DNA of 64,000 bases from Octopus vulgaris. Lineage: Eukaryota. Both the position numbers and the translations under genes were made by a program. Shown here piece after piece: positions 12,833 through 26,167 of this stretch. Position 1 is the first letter of the stretch. The number at the start of each line of letters is the position of its first letter. Where the stretch lies: assembly GCA_951406725.2 (NCBI GenBank), contig OX597829.1:39246001-39310000 (forward strand). The letters are read 5' to 3'. The notes under the pieces are model-generated. The model was not told the origin of the DNA. It did no database searches and worked only from the letters and a program-made list of their open reading frames with translations.

Positions 12833-13251
12833 GGATCTTTTTGGTTTGAATGGCAGTTTTTTTCTAGCGGCGTCATATGAAATTGTCACCCATAATTATG
12901 ACCCTAGTATCGATCTATTGCATTTCAATCTCTTTTTGGGTTAGGGTTAGGGGTGGGAGGAAGGGTATCTTTTTTTCTTCACAAATGTAAATAAACCCAA
13001 TCTGTTTCTTAAACGAGGGACATATTCATACGGCACAGAACATTTTCACCTCAATAGACATCATTGATTGGTTGAAATTGCAGAAATTGAAGAAAAAAAA
13101 CAACAAATATCTTACAAATTATAGAATTTTCTCAATAAAGCCAAGAGAAAAAGATGTTTTATAAACACATTCTACCAGTATACGAAGTTTAAAAGTGTTT
13201 AGTTACGTGGAAATTATTTTAAAAAAACTGCTGTTCAAACCGAAAAGATCC
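12833..13251. mobile_element. MITE with about 30-bp TIRs (GGATCTTTT...) and 8-bp TSD
   Basis: TIRs ggatctttttggtttgaatggcagttttttt / aaaaaaactgctgttcaaaccgaaaagatcc; TSD aaaattcc / aaaatccc. Confidence 0.8.
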
Positions 13252-13650
13252 AAAATCCCAAGAGGATTTTTCTCTGAGACAAATTTCGTTCAGTTGTATG
13301 CTTTTCCTGATATCAACCCTCACCTAAGTTCAAACATTCGTATGATGCTTGTTTACTTGAACGAAACCTTCTATTTGGATATGTAACCCTTGTTTATCTC
13401 ACATAAATTATTATTTATATTACTGCAAACTTTCAACATGTTTTTGAGAATTTTTATGTTTACATATCACAAAAACTACAGCCATCATTTTTCAAATGTC
13501 ATATATTACAATGTGTTGTAATGGTTCTTTTTTGAATATGCATGGTCAATTGATGAGAAAGTGTCAGAGTTATGTATTTTAAAGTGGTTTTACAATCTAG
13601 TGTTTTGGTAGTGTATTTTAACTATGAGTTTGTTACATATCCAAATAGAA

Positions 13651-14062
13651 GGCGCAGGAGTGGCTGTGTGGTAAGTAGCTTGCTAACCAACCACATGGTT
13701 CTGGGTTCAGTCCCACTGCGTGGTACCTTGGGCAAGTGTCTTCTGCTATAGCCCCGGGCCGACCAATGCCTTGTGAGTGGATTTGGTAGACGGAAACTGA
13801 AAGAAGCCTGTTGTATATATGTATATATATATATGTGTGTATGTGTGTGTGTGTTTGTCCCCCTAACATTGCTTGACAACCGATGGTGGTGTGTTTACGT
13901 CCCCGTAACTTAGCGGTTCAGCAAAAGAGACCGATAGAATAAGTACTGGGCTTACAAAGAAAATATGTGCCGGGGTCGATTTGCTCAACTAAAGGCGGTG
14001 CTCCAGCATGGCCGCAGTCAACTGACTGAAACAAGTTAAAGTGTAAAAGAGAGTAAAGAGTA
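13651..14062 (+). mobile_element. Full-length SINE family A; similar copies at 28636-29005, 38950-39355, 41283-41700, 48128-48465 and 54738-55125 (+), and 18890-19225 and 46258-46690 (-)
   Basis: Complete head-body-tail structure as at 848-1251. Confidence 0.85.
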
Positions 14063-14317
14063 AGGTATATGTATTGTGTTTTGTTTCATGATTTTTTTTT
14101 AATGATATAATCCTTCATTTTGTAACTAGAGTTCATTTCGTTCTAGAACATATATTTATCGTGTATATTTAATGGATGCTGCATCTGTTGTGCTATGTGA
14201 ATGAATTTATTTTTGTATAGTTCTATAGCTTGGCATAGTAAATCTAAAAGGCTACCTGTTATCAATTAATGTTTATCACACATGTAAGATTTCCTTATTT
14301 AAAGCTTCTGTAATGGA

Positions 14318-14840
14318 TCATCATCATCATCGTTTAACGTCTGCTTACCATACTAGCATGGGTTGGACGATTTTGACTGAGGGCTGGCGAACCAGATGGC
14401 TGCACCAGGCTCCAATCTTGATTTGGCAGAGTTTCTACAGCTGGATGCCCTTCCTAATGTCAACTACTCCGAGAGTGTAGTGGGTGCTTTTTACATGCCA
14501 CCGGCACAGGGGCCAGTCAGGCGATACTGGCAACGACCTCACTCAAATCTTTTTACACATGCCACCAGCACAGGTGCCAGTAAGGCGACGTTGGTAACGA
14601 TCATGCTCGAATGGTGCCCTTTTATGTGCCACCAGCACGGAAGCCAGTTGGCTGCTCTGGCAACGATCACACTCAGATGGTGCTCTTGGCACCATACTAG
14701 CATGGGCACAAGTGCCAGTAAGGTGACGCTGGTAACGATCACACTCGAATGGTGCCTTATGTGCCACAGGCATGGAAGCTGGTTAGCCACTCTGTCAATG
14801 ATCACACTTGTATGGTGCTCTTTGCACCCCTCTAGTACGG
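14318..14840 (-). mobile_element. RTE 3'-UTR remnant with internal minisatellite; relatives at 40590-41010, 37303-37466, 23740-23950, 53528-53666 and 54246-54368 (-), and 51810-52342 (+)
   Basis: (cat)n tail followed by cgtttaacgtc...ccatgctagcatgggttgg, and repeated gtgccaccagcac/aacgatcacactc units. Confidence 0.75.
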
Positions 14841-16429
14841 ATGAAAATTTAAAAGCTTATCTGAGAAGAGATTTGACTGCAGATATTTTGTATGTAAACA
14901 TAGAATATCACTGTCAACCAAGTGATGTCCTTCATTTCTAATATTCTGAAGACATATCTGGTCATGGGGAAATATTAACATGGGAACAGTTGAGGGTTGA
15001 CGATAGGAAAAGCATTCGACTATAGAACACTCACTTTAACAATTTTGTCTGAGTCATATGAATATGGGTGGAGGCACGTGGCTTAGTGGTTAGGGTGTCA
15101 GCATCATGATCATAAGATTGTGGTTTTGATACCTGGACCAGGGGATGCATTGTGTTCTTGAGCAAAATACTTTATTTCACGTTGCTCCAGTCCACTCAGC
15201 TGGCAAAAATTAGTAAGGCTGCGATGGACTGGTGTCCCGTCCAGCTGGGGGGAACACATACGCCACTGAAACCGGGAAACCGGGTCCATGAGCCTGGCTA
15301 GGCTTTAAAAGGGTACATTTATTTATTATATGAATATGGAAAAGTAGACATTAAAATGATGATGATGATAATACCCTATCTTGGGCCTTCAACTGCCAGT
15401 GGAATTGTAGGAGTGCCATTATGGCATAAGTATTTTTATATGGTTTGATCACAGCTGATTGTGTCAAGCAAGAGTGAGAGAGAGCGGGGAGGGAGAAGGC
15501 AAGAAAAAAAGAAATACTCAACTCCTCTGCAGGACTGGTACTTTACTTATCAATCCGGTAAAGATGACAAGTAAAGTTAACCATAACACTATTAAAACAG
15601 GGATCTGAAATGAATATTGCAAAATATTCATTATCTTGTGTGTGTGTTGTGTTGTGTGCATATATATGTATATATTTCTTTACTACCCACAAGGGGCTAA
15701 ACATAGAGGGGACAAACAAGGACAGATAAAGGGATTAAGTCGATTACATCAACCCCAGTGCAAAACTGGTACTTTATTTCTCGACCCCGAAAGGATGAAA
15801 GGCAAAGTCGACCACAGCGGAATTTAAACTCAGAACGTAACAACAGACGAAATACTGTTAAGCATTTCTCCCAGTGTGCTAACGTTTCTTCCAGCTCACC
15901 GCCTATATATGTGTGTGTGCATATATATGTATATGTACACACACACACACACACACATAAACCATGTCACTTCACCTACACATATAATTTATTATTGCTA
16001 TTGTTTTATATCTGTTTTCCATGCCGGATGTAGGATAGCTGGGTCTATTCCCGAATGTCATCTTACAACACATTACAATCCTTCATTATCTGATACACAC
16101 CACAGCAATCTTTGGTACTATTAGTGACATGTTCTCTGGGAGATTGTTTTGAGAGATTTCCTACATCAGAACTAATAGCTTCTCTCCCACTTTGTATAAG
16201 TGTTTTATTTAGAGTTAAGGGTTTTCCTAGTTAAGTTGCCTTCACTGTAGATTTCAGGGTCAGCATGTCCTCCTTCTGGTTATTGCAGGACCATTTGCAT
16301 GTAATACGGAGTTTGTTCAGTATGATCTATTTCCTACATGTTATCTTCCTTCACTATGGCAGAAAAAACATGTCTCCTTATGAAGCAGGAAGAGTTAGCC
16401 ACTAAAAGCTGTTTACAATGGCAGTCTAA

Positions 16430-16870
16430 ACTGCTTATGGATTAACTTATATGAGCCAAATATCTGTTTTTCATTGGCATAAGAGGCCATGCAACGCAAG
16501 ACCACTAGGAAGCTCATAATGATCTCTATTTTTGACAGCAAGTATCATCTACCTTCACTAGATTCCCTGTGGGCAGATGGTCAACAAAGAGTACATTGTG
16601 TAGGTTTTGAGAGAGTTCTGGAAGAAATTTCCTTGCAAAAGGCCAGAGTGCCTGTACTAGGACAATATACCAGTCTTCAGTTCCGTCCTGGTAACAAACT
16701 ATTTGAGACAGAGATGGGCATCAAAACTGTTCCTCATTTCCCCCAGAGTCCAGACTTTGAAGGAGGTTGTGACATAAATCCTGGAAACCTTCCATTTGGA
16801 GGGCTTCCATGAGGGCCTTCACAATGTGGCTAGAGTACTACAACAAATGCATTGTAGTCAGAGGATCATA
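16430..16870 (+). mobile_element. Second degenerate copy of the same mariner family
   Basis: Colinear with 1-440; motifs TVPHFPQSPD and EYYNKCIVVRGSYFEG. Confidence 0.7.
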
Positions 16871-17581
16871 TTTTGAGGGAATCTGCTGTTTGATCATGGT
16901 CGACCAGAGACTAAACAGCAACAACAAATCATTATGGGAACACACAGCAACACTCTAAGGTTACTGGACATGGAGCTTGTCTTTGTTGACATAGCGAGAA
17001 AAGGGAACATACAGTGGCAGTCTGACACTGCTAGAAACAGGGCTATTCCTTAGTGAGAACTGCCAAGGGAACTAACAGTAATTAACCAATGGTGACTATA
17101 TTTTTAGAAATGGCAGCTTGAGACATATGTTTTTCAAGAAGCCTACATAATATTGGTAATTGGCAATTTCTACAAAATCATTAAAAATATATAAATATTC
17201 ATTTGTGATAACAAGTAAATAGTAAATAATTGATATTACCATATTTTTTTGGTCTTCAATAACTCATGTTCTTCATGCTTCAATCTTTGGTATTTAATTT
17301 AGACAAAAGGCATGCTTTCAGTTCATTTAGTTCATATTAAAAGGAAGTTTGGTACTTGATATTACTAAATATTGTTGATATCTACGTACAGTTTCTAAAT
17401 ATTTATAAACTTTTAATGGAAAATAAATAATGGAAGAAAGGGTAAGATATAGGCATGGTTAAGAACCTTGGTTTGCAGCCAAGTAGTTTCAGTCCTATAA
17501 CTTAGATATGTATCTTTTACTGATCCATGTCTTGTGTGAGAATTTGATAGGCAGAAACTGTGTGAAAGCTTGTTGCATATA

Positions 17582-18056
17582 CAGGAGTTGGACAAAATAA
17601 TGGAAGCACCCAAAAATTTTAAGCCAATTTATTTTAATATGGTGCAGGATCACCTTTGGCAGTAATTACAGCTTGAATTCTATGAGGTATGGACTCGTAC
17701 AAAGTCAGAATTATTTCTAATGGAACTTTTGTCCATTTTTCAGCCAAAACAGTCTCCAGTTCTTGTAGTGATGATGGTGGAGGATATCAACTCCTTACTT
17801 GTTTTTCTAAAATGCACCACAAATGTTCAATAATATTGAGATCTGAGGACTGTGGTGGCCAGATAAGATGTTTAACTTCACTAGAATGTTCTTAGTGCCA
17901 TTCAGTAACAACTTTAGCTGTGTGAATTGGTACATTATCATCCTGAAAGATTGCGTTTCCCTCCGGAAACAGTTCCACAAACATAGGATAAATTTGATCA
18001 GATAAAATGCTTAAATAGTCTTGACTATTAATTCCACCATGAAGGGAAATCATTGA
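17582..18056 (-). mobile_element. Tc1-type (DD34E) transposase 3' fragment with right TIR
   Basis: IFQDDNVPIHTAKVV.EW and WPPQSSDLNIIEHLW motifs; terminus TA|caggagttggacaaaataatggaa. Confidence 0.85.
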
Positions 18057-19409
18057 CTGGTTGTCAATCAGTGGTAGGGACAAATACACACACACATATA
18101 TATATGATGGGCTTCTTTCAGTTTCCATCAGCCAAATCCAGTCACAAGGCTTTTGTTGACCTGAGGCTATAGTAGAAGACACTTGCCAAGGTACAATGCA
18201 GCGGGATTGAACCCAGAACCATGTGATTGGAAAGGAAGTTTCTTACCACACAGCCATGACTGCACCTATATATATATATATATATATACACTTTATTTAA
18301 AAGCAGCAGAAATTTAACAAAACCTGTTACTCAGTGTTTCAGGCTCCCGTTTGTCGTGTTATATTTCTGCTGCTTTTAAATAAAGCATATTACTCTACCT
18401 CTGGTATTTGAGTACTCTTTTTTCCACCTTGTTTCACATTTATGTGTTTACTCCGGTATATATATATATATATAGATAGATAGATAGATATAGATTAAGA
18501 TATATATGTACATACACACACACACATAAATATATCGATATATTCATATACACATTCATGTGATTTTTTCCTTACATAGTTTTTTTTCCCTCTCTTTGTT
18601 ATCTTTCTTAATTTGTTTCCATAGAAGAGTGTGGGCTAAAAACTTCAAAATCTCTTCCAGTTTTCCTGAGCATCAAACGAATACACCTTTGTTGTTCCCT
18701 GACTTGCCTCTGTCTTCTGATTCTGTTTTCTTTTTGTACAATTTTGAACCATATATATACTTACATGAGTATGTGAATGAATCTGTCTAAGTCTTTGTCT
18801 GTTATTGATTTCTTTGACTAAGTCCTTGAAGACAGTGCCCCAACATGGCCTAAGTCCAATGACTGAAACAAGTAAAAAGATATACATATTCTTTTATTCT
18901 TTTACCGGTTTCAGTCATTTGACTGTGGCCATGCTGGAGCACCACCTTTCAGTCGAGCAAATCGACCCCAGTACTTATTCTATCGGTCTCTTTTTGCCGA
19001 ACCGCTAAGTTATGGGGATGTAAACACACCAACATCACATGTCAAGTGATGTTGGGTGGGTGGGGGGGACAAACACACAGAAACACACACACACATATAT
19101 ATATATACAATGGGTTTCTTTCAGTTTCCACATCTACCAAATCCACTCACAAGGCTTTGGTCAGCCCGAGGCTATAGTAGAAGACACTTGCCCAAGGTGC
19201 CATGCAGTGGGACTGAACCTAGAACATACAATTCCCGATGTACAGGAACATGAAATTCTGAGTAACAGTTCTACGGTAATTTTGCAGCTTTAATAAAAAG
19301 CATATTACTCTACATTTGGAATTCGAGTACTATTTTTTCCATCTTGTTTTGCACTTATATGATCACCTGTGTGTACGTGTGTCTGTGCATATATATATAT
19401 ATATATATA

Positions 19410-19800
19410 CTAGCAGTATTGCCTGGCATTGCTCGAGTTTGTTTCGACCCTTTAGAATTGGAATTTTTGAAAAGTAAAAATTTTGCATTATGTAGCTTGT
19501 TAATCTCTTTAAGTGAACATTTTTCTGGTTGAAATACACTGAAAAATGGCGACACAGCAGTAAAAAAATCGTAAAAAATAGAGATTTTCATAGAAAAAAA
19601 AGTACCTTTTTGATGTAAATAATTTTTGGTCTTAACATAGTCCGATTTGAATTTTATCTTCTATGGAATGAAGAGCAAACCTTCTTCTATCATACTCTCA
19701 ATTTTGGTCAACTTGCGCCGCAGGGTCTTGGAGGAGATAGTATTAGTTGAAGGCTACCAAACCTGCCACATACAGACAACTTCTGCTCTCTATATATATA
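19410..19800 (-). mobile_element. Non-autonomous Helitron
   Basis: Minus-strand 3' end ctcgagcaatgccaggcaatactgCTAG|t, the same 3' terminus as 52557-53074. Confidence 0.7.
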
Positions 19801-19812
19801 CATATATATATG

Positions 19813-20040
19813 TACTTTATTTAAAAGCAGCAGAAATTCAACAAAACCTGTTACTCGGAGTTTCATGTTCCTGTTCGTCGGACAGTTTTGTTAAAAAAAC
19901 TGTCTGACGAACGGGAATGTGAAACTTCGAGTAACAGGTTTTGTTGAATTTCTGCTGCTTTTAAATAAAGCATATTACTCTACCCCTGGTATTTGAGTAC
20001 TCTTTTTCCACCTTGTTTCACATTTATGTGTTTACTCCGG
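19813..20040. mobile_element. Short PLE-derived element with a head-to-head duplicated hammerhead region; family copies at about 18288-18457, 26980-27091 and 29461-29625
   Basis: Arms 19813-19889 and 19896-19972 are inverted copies; common tail ...ttatgtgtttactccgg; every copy abuts (TA)n. Confidence 0.75.
19900..19937 (+). ncRNA. Minimal type-I hammerhead ribozyme motif
   Basis: ctgt-CTGACGA-acg(ggaa)tgt-GAA-ACTTCGAGT-A-acag: intact core, GUA triplet. Confidence 0.75.
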
Positions 20041-21476
20041 TATATATATATATATATAAAATTAAAGATATCACTGTAAATTTAACTTTAATTTAATGCA
20101 AAGACTAATATATCTGACCTGGAATTTCAGCTGGCATGTATAGTTTTCTTCTTAAAAATAAAACCTGCCTGGACATACATTTGGAAGGAAGTGCTTCCAG
20201 TGGACACAGATCAGATTTTAATTTCTTTTATGTACTTATATACATAAATATGGCTGTGTAGTAGGAAGATTGCTCTCAGGTTCAGTTTCACCTCATGGCA
20301 CCTTGGGCAACTGTCTTCTACTATGGCTTCAGGCTGACCAAAGGCTAGCGAGTGGGTTTGGTAGATGGAAACTGAAAGAAGCTTGTCGCATATGCGTTTT
20401 TGTCCCCAACCACTGCTTGACAACCAGCGTTAGTGTGTATACATTCCTGTAACTTAGCAGTTCAGCAAAATAGAATGATAGAATAAATACCAGGCTTAAA
20501 GAAAAAAATAGTACTGGGGTCAATTCATTTGAGCAGAAATTCTTCAAGGAAGTGCTCCAGTATGGCTGCAGTCTAATGACTGAAACAAGTAGAAGATAAA
20601 CAATATATATTTCTTTACTACCCACAAGGGGCTAAACAGAGAGGGGACAAACAAGAACAGATAAACGGATTAAGTCGATTACATTGACCCCCAAAAGGAT
20701 GAAAGGCAAAGTCGACCTCGGCAGAATTTGAACTCAGAATGTAACGGCAGACGAAATACAGCTACACATTTCGCCAGGCGTGCTAACGTTTCTGCCAGCT
20801 CGCCGCCTTAGTAGAAGATAAACAATATATATAAGTGTTAATTTCCACTTAGACTTATGTACTTTCAATTACTTTCTGCGAAATCCATTTGTAAGACTTC
20901 AGTTAGCCCAGGGCTGTAAGAGAAGACACTTTTTGATGTAACACTTGACAAATTCTAAGTCCAACCATAATATTTTATTATTTCAATTGTTGATACCATT
21001 GTTCTCAAGATTAACCCTCACTCTTTACAATTAATATTGCTCTTTCTTTGCCATATATATATATATATATATATATGTTTGCATAGTTAGTTAACATGAG
21101 AAAATTTTTCTGCTTGATGTTTCCCAATTAAACCATTCTTCAATTTAGTATATAAGAAAACAAGAACACAAATAAAATAACCATGCAATAAACAACAACA
21201 ACAACAACAATTGAATATATGATAGACTTTAATTTGGTGCATTTATTGAAAAAAAAAAAAAGTACAAAACAAAATGGTCGGGAGATATATACTATTATTA
21301 ATTAAAGAAAAGATTGGAAAATCACATTTTAAAAAATAAAAATAAAAATGTAGAAAAGTTTTCCAATAAATAATAAAAGAATTACCACTGGAAAATTTAC
21401 ATTCAGAATAAAATAAAGAAACCCATGGGTGTTTTTTTTTTTCTCTTCTCTAAAATTCATTTTTTAAATTAACTTG

Positions 21477-21517
<41 letters not shown>

Positions 21518-23075
21518 TATATATATACATATATATATACACATACATACACACATATATATACAAGCATATATATGTATGTATATATGTATATATATGT
21601 ATATATATGTGTATGTATATATATATATGTGTGTACATACATGTTTGTATGTATGTATGTATTTACATTCTTGGAATACAAAAGCTTTATCTTGGTAAAA
21701 ATCCTTTATGTAAAACAAATGCCTTATTTTCAATTGTAAATTGTCTTACAAAGTTAATTTTCTTATGCAGAGAACAAATGGAAAAATATCTATGTAAAAC
21801 TGAAAAGAAATTTTATATACATATATATTTTTACATATATGCATCTATATACATATGTATATATATATTCATACACATAGAGGAACATATATTCACACAT
21901 ACACTCATACACACACACTATGTGTTCCAAAGATAAGGCAGTATTTAGGTTATAAGTTTTATATCCTGTTGGAGACACGGTGTGTGTTGTGAGTATATTA
22001 GTATGTGTATGTATTTGAAGTACTTATTATTGTTTAACCAAAGATCAACTACAAAAAGAAGCCATATGACCAAAATCATTCCAGCCATGACCAAACCATC
22101 TTTTTAGCCATGTAAGGACTGCATCCTATAATGTATCCTACCATTCTTTTTTTTTTTTTTTTCAGATGACAGGGTATGATTTGAGGATGATTTATTTATG
22201 CCCTCCACATCAATTGACTATGTAGAAACGGTGTGTGAGTGTATATGTGTGTAGCACTATATCTAATGTAAGATTGTGGTTTCGATTCCAAGACTGAGTG
22301 AAGTGTAGTGTTCTTGAGCAAAACACTTCATTTCATGTTGCTTCAGTCCTCTCAGTTGGTTTTAAATATGAGTAATCCTGTGATGGATTGTTGTCCCACA
22401 CAGGGAGGAATATATATGCCAGAGAAACCAGCCCTGTACTCCTTAGAGAGAAATGCAGACTAACCAGCTATATCTGATGGTCTAAAACAGGCATGGGCAA
22501 CCATTCTTTAGAAATAGGTCACATGAGACATGGTTTATCCTCAAGTAGTCTGCACTACTATAAAAAAAATTGAAGGTAATTTTTCATTAGATGTGCCATT
22601 CAGAAAGGGCGACAAACTGTAGTTTGCCCCCAACTGTTCAATAAATTCTTATTTCTTTATTGCCCACAAGGGGCTAAACATAGAGGGGACAGACAAGGGA
22701 TTAAGTTGATTACATCGATCCCAGTGCGTAACTGGTACTTAATTTATCAACCCCAAAAGATGAAAGGCAAAGTCAACCTTGGCAGAATTTGAACTCAGAA
22801 TGTAACGGCAGACGAAATACCGCTAAGCATTTTGCCCGGCGCTCTAAAGTTTCTGCCATCTCGCCGCCTTATATAAATTCTATGAGTTTAAAAGACAAGG
22901 CTGTGTTTTGGTCAGCTATTTCTTCATTCATCTTTTGAAAGTTACTCAAATGCCACTTATGTGTCTATAAAATGTATATACATTGATTCTCTGGGATATG
23001 GTTTTTTTCTCTGGGAGAAAAATGTGTCTTATAAGCTGTCAAGTTTGGTATTAAATCATGCTATTAGAATTGTTG

Positions 23076-23535
23076 TACCTTTCACAAGAGATGATACAGG
23101 AGGTAATTTCCCATATATTTGTACTTTGGTTGGATGACGCTTTCATGAGAGATTTTGAGTTCTTATAAGGAGGTGAGTGTAAGTTCCATTCAACCACCTC
23201 TCAAGCTTCTTTGATAACGTCCAGGTTTCTGAGCCATGTAGTAGAATTGGTTCGACTATGGCTTTGAAGATTTTAAGTTTGAAATCTCTACTTAGATTTG
23301 ATGACCAGATCTTATGCATATCAGTTTGCTGGACATTGCTGTAGAGCTGAAAACGAGGTAATTTCTACTCTTCTCCTCTGGAAGCCATCTGCTCGCGATA
23401 ACAGAGGGCGTACACTCTCCTACACTGATGTAATCTCCAGGGATACAGGCATCCAGCAACAGGACCTCCGTAATGCTATGATGGACTGTGAAGTCTGGCG
23501 TAACATAGTAAATTCCACGGTCGAACAATGATGAT
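23076..23535. mobile_element. RTE-like family 2 insertion with inverted 5' portion
   Basis: 23076-23323 on the minus strand and 23322-23535 on the plus strand; flanking direct repeat attgttgt at 23069-23076 and 23534-23541. Confidence 0.8.
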
Positions 23536-24799
23536 TGTTGTCCATTGCACTTCTACTCAGGCATCCCTGTCTTATCTTTCCTCCTCTCATTGCTTTTGTT
23601 GAGTCAACTCCCAACCCTTTTCCTCACAAGCCTAGTCGTCGTAATGCCTAGTCATTCCTTCCCAGAATACTGGACTTCTGGAATTTCCTCCCATATCTTT
23701 CATGCAAGGTGTTGACTTATAAAGGCTCAAAACAACTCATCATCGTCATTATCGTTTAACGTCCACTTTCCATGCTAGCAAGGGCCAAACGATTTGACTG
23801 AGGACTGGCGAACCAGATGGCTGCACCAGACTCCACTCTTGATCTGGCAGAGTTTCTACAGCTGGAGGCCCTTCCTAATGCCAACCACTCTGAGAGGGTA
23901 GTGGGTGCTTTTAAATGCCACCAGCACGAGGGCAAGTCAGGTGGTACTGACTAGTAATGTTATCACTTTCATCAGACTAGAACAGCTTGTAAAAATCACG
24001 AGCAATGTCCATTCCTCCACATCCAGTAAGAGAATGAAAAAAAAAAAAAGAAAGAAAAAAGGACTCTGCTTGTGGTCATTTGATTTGCCAAAAATAGTAG
24101 TCAAAATTTCCTCAAATCAGTTATTTTCTTTTTCAAAAAATGAGGGGAAGGAAGCATTATGCAATGTCTTGATTACAAAATGACTTGTTAGAAAAAAAAC
24201 AACAAAAAACAAACAAAAACTAAAGACATGAATCGCTGGAATAAAATTTTTGTACATAGTTCTTGTTCAGAGTTAACCAGTGGATAAATAACAAAAACAA
24301 AAATAATATCTTTCAAAACATGTGGGATAAAATACAGTAAAATAAAAAGTTGTGTGCAGTAAGTAGGAAAAAAAAAAAAAAAAGCTCCGCAGTGATGGTA
24401 GCAAGGTGTTTTGAAAGCTCAATATTCAAAGCTTTTAAAAAAAATATACAAAATATAAATATATTTCCCTTGATGGTTTTATCAAGCTGTTAGCTTGTAC
24501 TTTATCCCCCAAACCCCCACAGTTGAAAAAAAAAAAAAAATTAGCCCAAATAATTGAAGCATTTTTAAAAACATGTAAAAAAATTTTTTTTCGTAAATTT
24601 ATGATTTTTGTTTCAAAATTCATTTTATTATTATTAATTTTTCTTTTTTTTTTCTTCAAATACATTCTGTTGTACTTGTGTTCAATTTGATTCCTTTTGG
24701 CTTATTATGAGTAATATTTCGACACTTATAATACATATACAGATACACAAACATATATATACATGTGAATATATATATATAGATGTGTGTATATATGTA

Positions 24800-24841
<42 letters not shown>

Positions 24842-25639
24842 CATGTATATATATATATATTTATGTATATATATACATCTATGTATGTGTGTGTGTGTGT
24901 GTATATACACACACACACCCACATATCTTCCAGGTGGTAAGGGCAGAACTATTTTTCCAGCACAAGGTACTACTGCAGCTCAAGAAAGATCCTCGCAAAG
25001 ACGGAATTATTAGAATTGTTTGCATACGTGAATTTTAACACTAAAGTATTTCATGACATAATATTAACAATAAAATAGATATATATTATATCATATTCCT
25101 TTTGATGTTAATCATTTTTATTCAAAGGACAAAAAAAAAAACAAAGAAAAAAAAAGATAAATAGAAAAAGAAAGAAAGAAAAGAAAGTTTCAAATTTTGG
25201 CACAAGGCCAGCAATTGGGTGAAGGGGCAGGTTGATTACATTGACCTATTTTATAAACCCTAGAAGGATGAAAAGCAAAGTCGACCTCAAAGTAATTTGA
25301 ACTCAGAGCATAAAGACAGACGAAATGCTTCCAAGCATTTTGTCTGGTATGCTAATGATTCTGCCAGCTTGTCACAATAATAATTCTCTCTACTATAGGT
25401 GTAAGGCCTGAAATTGTGGTGGGGGAGGGAAGGATAGTCAATTACATCGACCCCAGTGTTCAACTGGTACTTATTGTATCGACCCCGAAACGATGAAAGG
25501 CAAAGTCGACCTCAGCAGAATTTGAACTCAGAACTTAGCGGCAGATGAAATACTGCTAAGCATTTTGACCTGGTGTGCTAACGATTCTGCCAGCTCACTG
25601 CCTTAATAATAATAATAATAATAATAATGATACTTTCTT

Positions 25640-26110
25640 TATTTACCACTAATGGTTTACAAAAATTGCTAGGGATTGTACTGGACAATACAATGTGGGG
25701 TTAACATAAAAAAATCATGTACAAAATAGAAAAATGGTGAAAAAAGAAATTCTAACAATCAATACTTCCCCAAAAGAGAGAGACTTCCTTGGGCTGCTCA
25801 TGAAAACCCTACAAAATCCCACCAGGCCAAGTTCCCTCTCCACATCATTTTCTTTCAGTTTACAGGCACATGCCTAAAGTAGGCTTGTTCACCTGGACTA
25901 TTCCTGCCACATTCACCCACCTTTCAACAAAATTGCTAGGAGGCAGCATTTCCTTTTCTGCCTTCACTTTCCTCTTCATGTGAAAAAGCTGATGAGGGCT
26001 TGGCCAAAGAGGAAAGTATTTGTCTTCAGCCCTTTCAATCTGGTTCACCACACAATCTCTTTCACTAAGGCTACCAAACAAATAAACACTGCCTTCTCAA
26101 CAAAAGGGAT
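25640..26110 (-). mobile_element. Degenerate L1/Tx1-like LINE 3' fragment
   Basis: Minus-strand translation LVKEIVW*TRLKGLKT...MKRKVKAEKEML....FVERW resembles L1/Tx1 ORF2 C-termini (recognised from memory). Confidence 0.45.
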
Positions 26111-26123
26111 TATTATTATTATT

Positions 26124-26167
<44 letters not shown>

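Noticed and set aside
14396-14941. 181-aa ORF and similar ORFs at 42867 and 51943
   Set aside because: Read-through of the repetitive RTE 3' UTR; the frames are not conserved among copies.
24934-25074. Possible plus-strand terminal exon (cag|GTG...; VVRAELFF...REF* or GGKGRTIF...RNY*) followed by AATAAA
   Set aside because: Weak polypyrimidine tract, no recognisable homology and no partner exons found; cannot be supported without transcript data.
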